Positions 1 to 10,322 of a DNA stretch of 41,849 bases are shown here, in pieces. The stretch covers positions 59,612,566 to 59,654,414 of the forward strand of contig NC_068991.1 in the NCBI RefSeq assembly GCF_001194135.2, given 5' to 3'. The DNA comes from Octopus bimaculoides. Taxonomy: Eukaryota. The translations under genes were made by a program, and so were the position numbers. Each line of letters opens with the position of its first letter. The stretch's first letter is position 1. Below the pieces are notes generated by a model that saw only the letters and a list, made by a program, of their open reading frames with translations, did no database searches and was not told where the DNA came from.

Positions 1-202
1 TTATATTGAACACTCAATATTTCCTCTACATTCAATACTTTCTTTCATGGTGCCATCCATTTTTATTTTATTTTATATTATATATTGTATATTATATTAT
101 ATATTGTATATTCCATATTCTATACCCCACATTGGTCCTGCAGGAATATAAATAAAACATAAAAAAACAGACAGTGTTGGAACTCTTTTAAACAAAATAA
201 TA
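1..202 (+). repeat. Dispersed repeat (probably Penelope-type terminal-repeat flank); inverted copy at 32624-32828
   Basis: Near-identical to the reverse complement of 32624-32828 (e.g. TTCATGGTGCCATCCATTTTTATTTTA and GACAGTGTTGGAACTCTTTTA). The other copy adjoins a hammerhead relic. Confidence 0.8.
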
Positions 203-258
203 TATTCCTCTATACACAATCATACAAAAAAACCACCTTTTTTGTATTTATTTTTACT

Positions 259-302
<44 letters not shown>

Positions 303-872
303 TGTGTGCGCGCATTTAGTTGTGTGCGTATGTTAGCTTGCATTTCATGGGCTGTTAGATGCTCTGTGTTATATTGTTATACAGTAGGAATCATAAGAAT
401 GTAAAGAAATATTGTACTAAGTATCTTAAATTTTCAACTACAAACAACTTTTCAAATAGTTTTAACATGCCTATTCATGTAAATATTGAAATAAAATCTC
501 TTTACGTTTCGTGATTGCAGTTTATATGAAGGCCAAGGACTGAAATCCAATGCTGCTACCAACGTTGTCTTAGAAATTCTAACTGGCCTTTGGATTTTAA
601 TTAGATTTTAATATGAGCATAATTTGAATAAAAAATGAGCTAAGAAAAATTACTCATAACGCCAGTGGCATGTGTTTGAACAACATAGACAAATACAAAT
701 ATTTCAAATATTATACAACATAAATTCTTGGGTTATTAAAATTATCTCTACCTCTAGAGGCGAATGCCATCTCTACTTGCGTAAGGGAGAAAATCTCTAG
801 AAATCAGAAATCTTCAAATTCGACACGTGTTTAAGACAAAGGACAGGCTTACTGTCTGGTTAGAAGACGACC

Positions 873-917
873 GTCGTGGACTCGTGTTTCTGGTTTAATA
901 GTTGCCGTCAGCTCGAC
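873..917 (-). ncRNA. Degenerate type I hammerhead ribozyme motif
   Basis: Minus strand reads GTCGAG-CTGACGG-caactattaaacca-GAAA-CACGAG-TC-CACGAC. Stem I is 5/6 paired, stem III is near-palindromic (ACACGAGT) with a GUC triplet, and the CUGANGA box is damaged. Confidence 0.5.
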
Positions 918-1129
918 AACTGCCTAATCTTATCTCCAGTATTGAAAAAACTTAGACTTATAGAAATAGAAAAAGTGTAGAAAACATTTATGACCTAGGT
1001 AATGTCGTATGGTATTGAATATGTGCAATTAGTTTGAAACTTTTTCAAATGAAGTTTCTATAGCCCGAAATTTAAAGATATTAAACTTAGTAAAACATTT
1101 CCTCTTCATTGTTACGCTTTCTACATTAT

Positions 1130-1273
1130 TCGCATGTATTTAAGATGCGCGTTTTGCAGCCACGTAGTTTCCGGTCCAGTACCTTGGGCAAGTGTTTTGT
1201 ACTATAGCCTTGGGCTGACCAATGCCTTGTGAGTGGACTTAGTAGACGAAAACTGTGTGGATGCAAGTCATAG

Positions 1274-1323
<50 letters not shown>
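1130..1323 (+). mobile_element. SINE family A, 5' half ending in its internal (TG)n at a gap
   Basis: ACCTTGGGCAAGTGTTTTGTACTATAGCCTTGGGCTGACCAATGCCTTGTGAGTGGA matches the complete copy at 23026-23440. Confidence 0.8.
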
Positions 1324-2274
1324 NNNNNNNNNNNNNNNNNNNNNNNNNNNNNNNNNNNNNNNNNNNNNNNNNNNNNNNNNNNNNNNNNNNNNNNNNNNNN
1401 NNNNNNNNNNNNNNNNNNNNNNNNNNNNNNNNNNNNNNNNNNNNNNNNNNNNNNNNNNNNNNNNNNNNNNNNNNNNNNNNNNNNNNNNNNNNNNNNNNNN
1501 NNNNNNNNNNNNNNNNNNNNNNNNNNNNNNNNNNNNNNNNNNNNNNNNNNNNNNNNNNNNNNNNNNNNNNNNNNNNNNNNNNNNNNNNNNNNNNNNNNNN
1601 NNNNNNNNNNNNNNNNNNNNNNNNNNNNNNNNNNNNNNNNNNNNNNNNNNNNNNNNNNNNNNNNNNNNNNNNNNNNNNNNNNNNNNNNNNNNNNNNNNNN
1701 NNNNNNNNNNNNNNNNNNNNNNNNNNNNNNNNNNNNNNNNNNNNNNNNNNNNNNNNNNNNNNNNNNNNNNNNNNNNNNNNNNNNNNNNNNNNNNNNNNNN
1801 NNNNNNNNNNNNNNNNNNNNNNNNNNNNNNNNNNNNNNNNNNNNNNNNNNNNNNNNNNNNNNNNNNNNNNNNNNNNNNNNNNNNNNNNNNNNNNNNNNNN
1901 NNNNNNNNNNNNNNNNNNNNNNNNNNNNNNNNNNNNNNNNNNNNNNNNNNNNNNNNNNNNNNNNNNNNNNNNNNNNNNNNNNNNNNNNNNNNNNNNNNNN
2001 NNNNNNNNNNNNNNNNNNNNNNNNNNNNNNNNNNNNNNNNNNNNNNNNNNNNNNNNNNNNNNNNNNNNNNNNNNNNNNNNNNNNNNNNNNNNNNNNNNNN
2101 NNNNNNNNNNNNNNNNNNNNNNNNNNNNNNNNNNNNNNNNNNNNNNNNNNNNNNNNNNNNNNNNNNNNNNNNNNNNNNNNNNNNNNNNNNNNNNNNNNNN
2201 NNNNNNNNNNNNNNNNNNNNNNTATATATATATATAGTTCTATACATATATATATATATTTAAATATATATATA

Positions 2275-3200
2275 TCGAGGGAGAGTGAGAGAGAGTATAA
2301 AAGGCATAAGTTATTCTGGCGGATACCGTATTATCTTACAAATTGGTATAGACGACAGTTCAATACATGGTACTCGGTACTCAAGCTTAAAAGAGATACT
2401 GATACGGGTAAGCTTCACTCGTTGGATAGTTCCGTGTTCCTATTCATGACTGCAAATATTCCGAAGACTATATAATTGATAACGAAGAGGAGAGTGGAGA
2501 TTTATTCACATCCAAAACTTTTTTATTATTCAATAAAGCATCCTGCGTTGGTATTCTTTTGAAGGTGATAGCGTTACTTTTTAAATCGAATTCAGATAGG
2601 GGAAGTAACCAATATATAAGCACTGCCAATAGTACTATTCAACTAACAAATATAATGACAAATATGATAGTAAACAAACCCAATGCCGAAATAAATACCA
2701 GGTAAATAGGTTACGCACTTTCACATAAAGCTTCGGTAGTAATAGAAATATATATATCTCAATAACACAGATACCAAATGAATACCAACGCAGGATACTT
2801 GTTTCAATAAGTTCACTCTGGAAACGTCGTGAGTTATGGGCCCTTGATGAAATTGCAGCGACTAGAATGCATAATTGCATACAAAGCAATGTGCAGTCGC
2901 TGCAGTTGAAACGTATGTAGGTCAAAGCTATATATACTCTAGAAAAAGTTTTTAATAACAAAGTTTTGGATGTGAATGAATTTCCACTCTCCTCTTCGTT
3001 ATCAATTATATAGTCGTCAGAATATTTGCAGTTATGAATAGGAACACGGAACTATCCAAAGAGTGAAGCTTACCCGTATCAGTATCTCTTTTAAGCTTGA
3101 GTACTGAGCACCATATAATGAACCGTTGTCTATACCAATTTGTGAGATAATGCGATATCCGCCAGAATAACTTATGCCTTTTGTACTCCCTCTCATTCTC

Positions 3201-3204
<4 letters not shown>
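2275..3204. mobile_element. Inverted-repeat element (~250-bp arms) within (TA)n; probable inverted Penelope-type terminal repeats or MITE
   Basis: 2275-~2535 is the reverse complement of ~2955-3204 (termini TCGAG...CTCGA). A further perfect 17-bp inverted match pairs 2540-2556 with 2780-2796. (TA)n lies on both sides. Confidence 0.8.
2839..2923 (+). ncRNA. Type I hammerhead motif with damaged CUGAUGA box
   Basis: GGCC-CTTGATGA-AATTGCAGCGACT...AGTCGCTGCAGTT-GAAA-CGTATG-TA-GGTC. Stem II is 13 bp, stem III is near-palindromic, and the triplet is GUA. Confidence 0.65.
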
Positions 3205-3280
<76 letters not shown>

Positions 3281-3339
3281 GTATGTATGTGTATGCATAT
3301 ATGCGTATGCATACATATGTATCGAGTACATATGCATCG

Positions 3340-4255
3340 CGTGGTACACAATACCCTTCGGAAAATATGTAATTTCCATTATACCAAAATTGTTTTCTAT
3401 TCGGCATTGGCTAAGCATTTTCCAAAAGACAATACTGTAGAATATTTATTAAACACGGATGTAGATAGACTAGCCTCTTCTAATGGTAAAAATCTAGCAC
3501 AAATTATAGTTGCACACAAGGCTAGTAGATTAAACAGTTTCCATATAAGCAATAATAACAATAGTAACCACAATAATAATTATAGATCAATAAACAGCAA
3601 CAATGTCAACATGAGGGAACAAACCATAATTAACTCAACTAGGTATCAGGATAGGAACTATGGTTTGACAACCAATAAAATAGAAGCTACCTGAACAAAC
3701 TCCCGCATTAGCCTCGAAGTGGAAGATGTGACTCCTAAAAGGCGCAGTATTCAGAATGTTGTCTATGTGGGAAAGAGTAATAGCTTAGAAGATAGACTGA
3801 ATTTAGAAATCACATCTAGTAAAACTGAAGCGAAAGCCAAGAATTGGAAGTAGTAGAACTATCAAATGCGATTGTGCAAGGAACAGGGTCTGTCCGCTTA
3901 ACTCTAATTGTAGCCATAGAAATATCATGTACAAATGTAAGGTTACCTCAGAGAACAGGGAGTACTTCTATATCGTAGATTGCTCACGATGTATTAAGCA
4001 TTGCCATTTATTTAAATACACTTATGCAGAGGAACAAAATTAATACTACTAGGCTTAGAAAACTAATTTGGGCACTAGGAGATAGTGACAAATAATTAGT
4101 TAGAAAAACCTTATAAAATAGGCGATAATACATGTGGCTCTTGTGTGGGACAAATGTACCAGATTTTCACTTCTAGATTTAATCTAATAAGCACAAGACA
4201 GGAACAGGTTCTAAAATATCTACACTTGAGTAAATATACGTTTAGACAATTTAAA
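3340..4255 (+). mobile_element. Penelope-like element relic (linker plus GIY-YIG endonuclease region), with stops and frameshifts
   Basis: Translates to [20 protein letters not shown]...NLAQIIVAHK, KCDCARNRVCPLNSNCSHRNIMYKCKVTSENREYFYIV, TRLRKLIWALGD and PYKIGDNTCGSC...KYLHLSKY. This follows the Cys-rich linker, GIY-YIG and C-terminal motif order of Penelope-like elements. Confidence 0.75.
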
Positions 4256-4334
4256 TAAACACAACTCACCATCTATAGTAATTATGTTAGTTACAATAAT
4301 GATTATAATATTCAATGATATTTATACAAATAAC

Positions 4335-4549
4335 CCTTTCTACTGGAGGCACAAGACCTCAAATTTTGGGGGAAGGGATTAAGTCAATTACATAGACCCC
4401 AGTGTGTAACTGGTACTTATTTCATCGACCCCGAGAGGATGAAAGGCAAAGTCGACCTCGGTGGAATTTGAAATCAGAACGTAGCGACAAGCAAAATACC
4501 GCTAAGCATTTCGCCCGGCGTGCTAACGGTTCTGCCAGGTCGCCACCTT
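4335..4549 (-). mobile_element. SINE family B, full length
   Basis: tRNA-like head (GGTGGCGACCTGGCAGAACCGTTAGC...), central GTCGACTTTGCCTTTCATCCTCTCGGGGTCGATG and tail ...GTAGAAAGGG. Confidence 0.85.
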
Positions 4550-4560
4550 TAAAGTGCGAG

Positions 4561-4680
4561 ATGCTTACAGCACCTAAGTTTCTCAAGTTGTCACCCATCT
4601 AGGTATTCACTAGGCTGGACGTTGCTTAACTTCAGTGATCGGACGAGAACCAGTGCATTCCACGTGATATGGATGTAAGC
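4561..4680 (-). pseudogene. 5S rRNA: 5S rRNA full-length degenerate copy
   Basis: Minus strand GCTTACATCCATATCACGTGGAATGCACTGGTTCTCGTCCGATCACTGAAGTTAAGCAACGTCC...GATGGGTGAC...GGTGCTGTAAGCAT, ~120 nt. Box A is retained, the intermediate element and box C carry substitutions, and there is no clear oligo-T terminator. Confidence 0.9.
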
Positions 4681-5013
<333 letters not shown>

Positions 5014-5185
5014 AAGTCGTCTGGAGCCCAAAATTGAAGCCAATGGCAATTTTATTGAATAAATTTACTCTTTAGTATTTCAAGATATTTTTATGTAATT
5101 TCGGTAAATATATCTGTTAAAATGAGATGTCAGTGTTATTTTCATTTTTGCGTAATTTAGAGGACAGTTTATTCACCGCACCCTG
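5014..5185 (+). mobile_element. 3' end of a Tc1/mariner element of the same family as 35545-36404
   Basis: Reverse-complement match to 35545-35715. Ends in the TIR CAGTTTATTCACCGCACCCTG followed by TA. Confidence 0.85.
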
Positions 5186-6190
5186 TATATGTATGTATGC
5201 ATGCATGTGTGTATGTATGTGTGTATGTATGTATGTATGTATGATTATACTGTGTGTGAGGCGTCACTCTGAAGTTTTTCTTTTCTCTACACCATCACAC
5301 TTCTCTTTTATATTCTTTCTCTTTCTCTCCCTCCTTTTCTCTCGCTTTCTCCTCCTCCTCCTGTTTAGTTCTCCTACGTTAACCCTACTATTCTTATTTA
5401 CAAATTCATGAACATAAAGACCTTCCTTCCCATGCATTTTTTTTTTTTTGCCGAGTAATACCGGTGAATAGGAGCAGCGGCATTTGTTCTTCACTTAACT
5501 GGCTTTATGCTCACATAATTGATGCCTAGTAATTTCAAGGCACAAGTGTACACTATATACAAAGAATTAATAACTATACGTTTTCTCTGTTCTTTTTCTT
5601 TTCANNNNNNNNNNNNNNNNNNNNNNNNNNNNNNNNNNNNNNNNNNNNNNNNNNNNNNNNNNNNNNNNNNNNNNNNNNNNNNNNNNNNNNNNNNNNNNNN
5701 NNNNNNNNNNNNNNNNNNNNNNNNNNNNNNNNNNNNNNNNNNNNNNNNNNNNNNNNNNNNNNNNNNNNNNNNNNNNNNNNNNNNNNNNNNNNNNNNNNNN
5801 NNNNNNNNNNNNNNNNNNNNNNNNNNNNNNNNNNNNNNNNNNNNNNNNNNNNNNNNNNNNNNNNNNNNNNNNNNNNNNNNNNNNNNNNNNNNNNNNNNNN
5901 NNNNNNNNNNNNNNNNNNNNNNNNNNNNNNNNNNNNNNNNNNNNNNNNNNNNNNNNNNNNNNNNNNNNNNNNNNNNNNNNNNNNNNNNNNNNNNNNNNNN
6001 NNNNNNNNNNNNNNNNNNNNNNNNNNNNNNNNNNNNNNNNNNNNNNNNNNNNNNNNNNNNNNNNNNNNNNNNNNNNNNNNNNNNNNNNNNNNNNNNNNNN
6101 NNNNNNNNNNNNNNNNNNNNNNNNNNNNNNNNNNNNNNNNNNNNNNNNNNNNNNNNNNNNNNNNNNNNNNNNNNNNNNNNNNNNNNNNNN

Positions 6191-6229
<39 letters not shown>

Positions 6230-6405
6230 CACCACTTGACAACCGGTCTAGGTGTTTACGTTCCTATAACTTAGTGATTCGGTGAAACCGATAGAATAAG
6301 TACCAGGCTTAAAAAATAAGTACTGGGATCGATTCATTCAACTAAAAAGGCGATGCCCCAGCATGGCCACAGTTTCATGACTGAAACAAGTAAAAGATAA
6401 AAGAT
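6191..6405 (+). mobile_element. SINE family A, 3' half
   Basis: (TG)n, then ACCGATAGAATAAGTACCAGGC...GCATGGCCACAG...GACTGAAACAAGTAAAAGA. Confidence 0.85.
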
Positions 6406-6439
6406 ATGTATACCGGGTTTTTTTCAATTTCCCTCTTCC

Positions 6440-6555
6440 AAATCAACTCACAAGGCTTTGATCGACCCAGGGTTATAATAGAAGACATTTGTCCAAGATT
6501 CAGTGCGATGGATCTGAAACCAAAGCCTCATAATAGAGAAGCAAGCTTAGCAAAC
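6440..6555 (-). mobile_element. SINE family A, 5' fragment
   Basis: CTCACAAGGCTTTGATCGACCCAGGGTTATAATAGAAGACATTTGTCCAAG on the plus strand. Confidence 0.7.
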
Positions 6556-6739
6556 TAACAGGCCTGTAATTTTAATATTGATATATGCAACTTCATACAT
6601 TGTATAATGTTTTTGGTCCCACTTATAAATTTGTTCAAATGCTTGTATGTTCAGCTTTGTAACCCATTTGTAGGTGTATGAAAATAGTTTTCTGCTTATA
6701 GGAAAGTCCTCTGGTGGCAATAATGTGCTCTGGTGGCAA

Positions 6740-7198
6740 TAATGTGCTCTGGTGGCGTTATTATGCGCGACGAACAAATGCTCTTTACGTTCTGCGTTCA
6801 AATCCCGCTGAGATCGACTTTGCTTTATATCGTCTAATAGCCATACTCGCCGTCAGCCTCCGGGGAATTCGTTCGCAAGGTGGTTAACCCGGCTCCACTT
6901 CCATGCTGGTGCAAGCGATCTGGAGGACAACTGAAGACGTGGCTGGCGACGGTAAAGACCGATGTGGAAGCACAATCTGGCCCCCGCGTCTGTGGTCTTG
7001 GGCAGTGAGAGTGGGTATCCGTTACAGCCTCGACTGCAACCGACCGTCGGATGTGGTCGGCATTCGTGAGGAACGCAGTGAACTCGTTGACCGGTGCCGG
7101 CTCAACTCACCCCAGATAAATGCCGCTGCAAGCAAATAACTAACTCCATCCCCACAAAAGATTTCAAGCCTTGTGCCTATAGCAGAAATAATCATTAT
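6740..7198 (+). mobile_element. SINE family B split by an RTE fragment
   Basis: Head and body to ...GAGATCGACTTTGCTTT (~6826). The tail CCCCACAAAAGATTTCAAGCCTTGTGCCTATAGCAGAAAT resumes at ~7141. Confidence 0.65.
6827..7140 (+). mobile_element. RTE-clade LINE, 3'-terminal fragment
   Basis: GC-rich island translating to WCKRSGGQLKTWLATVKTDVEAQSGPRVCG...ATDRRMWSAFVRNAVNSLTGAGSTHPR, which resembles RTE ORF C-termini (RxGGQxKTW, DRxxW). Confidence 0.7.
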
Positions 7199-7545
7199 AT
7201 GGCTATGGAATATTAGAAATGGCTGAGTAGTGGATTAAATGCCAAGCAATATTTAGCTTCGTCCAATCATTGTTGATTTTCCCTTGCATATCCTTCAGGG
7301 ATCAATAAATAAGTACCGGTCATGAAATGCAGAGGAATTAATTGAATTGCCTAGAATTCCTCAAACGCTATATGTGGATAGCTTAGGGCTAAATTTTTTA
7401 AAAAATCAATGTTACCTGACTTGATCTTTTTCTATTGTTTTCCACTTCGAATCTGCAAAAGAACAAAAATTATTTTATGCCTTCATAATATAACCATTAC
7501 ACTGTGCAACAGATTTTTGTCTTTGGGTAGCAACTGTTATTTCTC

Positions 7546-7922
7546 ATTTGCTTACCCCTAGAAAATATGAAAAAAATGGCTCATATTTCCTTCAAACTTT
7601 GCTTTTGTTACATTTATTCAAACCTCAAAGAATCTCTCTCAAAACATGGCTCACGACACTTGTTCATGATCAAAAATGCACATATTATCAGCCAACAAGC
7701 AGCATACTCAAGTGATTAAAGTCAATCAACTAAGAAGCAGATCAGTGGTATTGAGCAGAATATTTGCTTTAATGGCATTTCTGCTTCAGCAAGTCAGCGC
7801 TGAATGTCTGAAATGTAATGAAAAATAGGTCGGTTTCAAAATATTGGTGCCCAGGTCACAAAAGCAAAGTTTGAAAGGAATGGTAGTCATTTCCTTTGAT
7901 TTCTAGACAGGAGCAAATAGGC
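7546..7922. mobile_element. Imperfect inverted-repeat (MITE-like) relic
   Basis: CCTTCAAACTTTGCTTTTGTTAC (~7589-7611) pairs with GTCACAAAAGCAAAGTTTGAAAGG (~7855-7878), with weaker pairing outward. Confidence 0.5.
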
Positions 7923-8390
7923 AATAACACCTACTGAACAAAGAGAAAAATAAATTGTTTCATGATGTTATTGTACACTTTCATAAAGTCAAAATTCCTT
8001 TTACAGTGGGTAGAGAGTTAACTTTTATTAGAATTATTTGTTTTGTTCAAATATGAGGTGGTCAAATTAACATTTCTGAATGCTTCCTATCCAACTTCGC
8101 ATTGTCAGTCTTTGACAAAATGAACAACTATCCGCCTTAATTATACTACATGACTTAACCACACCTTCTATGGAAAAAGTAGAAAAAGGCAACGAACTGA
8201 TTTAAAGCCAACACCTACACCAGCACCAAAAGAAAAAAAAAATAGTTTACAAACTCTCACGAAGAGTATCTAAGCCATAGCTGACAGCGGATCACTGTCG
8301 CTTCCGTTAACCTTTTCTGTTCTAACCATAACGGGCTCTACTTCTCTTTTCATAGCTCAGTCATTTTAAATTCCATTCAAAAGTAAATAG

Positions 8391-8472
8391 TTCAACAACC
8401 AACTCAACAACCAATTCTCAACAACCAGCTGTCAACGACCAACTTTCAACAACCAACTCTCAACAACAAACT
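8391..8472 (+). repeat. ~13-14-bp minisatellite (CAACAACCAACTCT-like), ~6 copies
   Basis: Tandem units are directly visible. Confidence 0.85.
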
Positions 8473-8480
8473 CTCTAGAT

Positions 8481-8548
8481 CAAGGGTTCCAAATATTTGG
8501 GGGGGGGCAACGGACTGGTTTTCCTGCAAAACAATTTTACCACGGACC
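8481..8548 (+). mobile_element. hAT-Charlie-like left end, truncated
   Basis: CAAGGGTTCCAAATATTTGG...ACAATTTTACCACGGACCG, preceded by CTCTAGAT (8473-8480), which fits the Charlie NTCTAGAN target consensus. Confidence 0.6.
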
Positions 8549-8655
8549 GATAGAATAAGTACTAGGCTTACAAAGAATAAGCTCTGGAATCGATTTGCTC
8601 GACAAAAGGCGGTGCTCCAGCATAGCCGCAGTCAAATGACTGAAACAAGTAGAGA
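8545..8655 (+). mobile_element. SINE family A, 3' fragment
   Basis: ACCGATAGAATAAGTACTAGGCTTACAAAGAATAAG...GTCAAATGACTGAAACAAGT. Confidence 0.85.
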
Positions 8656-8700
8656 AAAAAGAAAAAAAGAAAGAAAGATATATATATACATATATATATA

Positions 8701-8739
8701 GGTACTAAATGTGGTTATTTTGAGAAGTCCACTGTGTGG
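8701..8739. repeat. Fragment of the repeat family at 12700-13043, in inverted orientation
   Basis: Matches the reverse complement of ~12810-12848 with two mismatches. Confidence 0.75.
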
Positions 8740-9212
8740 NNNNNNNNNNNNNNNNNNNNNNNNNNNNNNNNNNNNNNNNNNNNNNNNNNNNNNNNNNNNN
8801 NNNNNNNNNNNNNNNNNNNNNNNNNNNNNNNNNNNNNNNATACATATATATACATACACGCACACAGTGTATATAAGTGAGATGGCATGACAGTACTTAC
8901 ATTGAAATCTGGAACTCGACTGGTATATCGGGATAATAATTCATTGTGATAACTGTGTTATAGTTAGGATCTGTATTTCTGTACACCATTTCTGTATATT
9001 TGGCCTGAAAAATTTAAAAAGTAGAAAATGCCAAAGAAAATTTATAGAAACAATATGGTTGCTCTATTTGTTGATAAATAATGTCGATGACAGTGACGAT
9101 GTTGGTGATGACGACATCGATGATGAGGATGATGATCGTAACGATATTGATGAAAATAATAAGGAAAAGAAAGGAAGAGGAGAATATTGATGATAATTTT
9201 TTTTTTTCACTC

Positions 9213-9274
9213 AGAACGTGAAGAGAGACAAAATGCCGCTAAGCATTTTGCCCGGTGTGCCAGGTCCCCACCTT
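9213..9274 (-). mobile_element. SINE family B head fragment
   Basis: CAGAACGTG...CCGCTAAGCATTTTGCCCGGTGTGCCAGGTCCCCACCTT on the plus strand. Confidence 0.6.
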
Positions 9275-9992
9275 AGCTGAAGAGTTTGATATTGATGATG
9301 GTGATGATGATGATGAGGAGGAGGAGGAGGAGGAGGAGGAGGAGGANNNNNNNNNNNNNNNNNNNNNNNNNNNNNNNNNNNNNNNNNNNNNNNNNNNNNN
9401 NNNNNNNNNNNNNNNNNNNNNNNNNNNNNNNNNNNNNNNNNNNNNNNNNNNNNNNNNNNNNNNNNNNNNNNNNNNNNNNNNNNNNNNNNNNNNNNNNNNN
9501 NNNNNNNNNNNNNNNNNNNNNNNNNNNNNNNNNNNNNNNNNNNNNNNNNNNNNNNNNNNNNNNNNNNNNNNNNNNNNNNNNNNNNNNNNNNNNNNNNNNN
9601 NNNNNNNNNNNNNNNNNNNNNNNNNNNNNNNNNNNNNNNNNNNNNNNNNNNNNNNNNNNNNNNNNNNNNNNNNNNNNNNNNNNNNNNNNNNNNNNNNNNN
9701 NNNNNNNNNNNNNNNNNNNNNNNNNNNNNNNNNNNNNNNNNNNNNNNNNNNNNNNNNNNNNNNNNNNNNNNNNNNNNNNNNNNNNNNNNNNNNNNNNNNN
9801 NNNNNNNNNNNNNNNNNNNNNNNNNNNNNNNNNNNNNNNNNNNNNNNNNNNNNNNNNNNNNNNNNNNNNNNNNNNNNNNNNNNNNNNNNNNNNNNNNNNN
9901 NNNNNNNNNNNNNNNACGACAAAAAAAACAACAACGTGAGTACGTGATACAGATATTGTGTTACTGGACGTTCGGGAAAGGAAAGAAAGAGA

Positions 9993-10027
9993 ATTTGACG
10001 TTTCGAGCGGAGCTCTTCGTCGGAAAC
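9993..10027 (-). ncRNA. Minimal type I hammerhead motif with U4-to-C change
   Basis: Minus strand GTTT-CCGACGA-A-GAGC-TCC-GCTC-GAAA-CG-TC-AAAT. Stem III is the ACGT palindrome and the triplet is GUC. Confidence 0.6.
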
Positions 10028-10088
10028 ATAGGAAAGTCCAAAGAAGGGAAGACGGAGGAAGAAAAAATCGCCAACGATATGCACGAGG

Positions 10089-10119
<31 letters not shown>

Positions 10120-10322
10120 CATACATACATACATACATACATACATGTCAGATTGAGTAAATGTAAGCAACGTTTTGAACCATGAAGAATGTGTACCGAA
10201 TTTTTGCAGTTTTGAATTCTTTTAAACATTTTTTTTTGCAATTGTTTATAATACTTTCATAGACTTGCCCAGATGTTTCAATAAATTAACATTGATATTT
10301 TTTTCACCGTTGTTACAATCAT

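Noticed and set aside
8391-8472. Regularly spaced short repeats as a CRISPR-like array (also 21270-22395 and 33117-33362)
   Set aside because: There are no unique spacers and no cas genes, and the context is eukaryotic. These are ordinary tandem or direct repeats.
8902-8953. Possible minus-strand micro-exon (YHNELLSRYTSRVPDFN) with a GTAAGT donor
   Set aside because: Two frames are open, the acceptor is weak, and no partner exon or homology is recognised.
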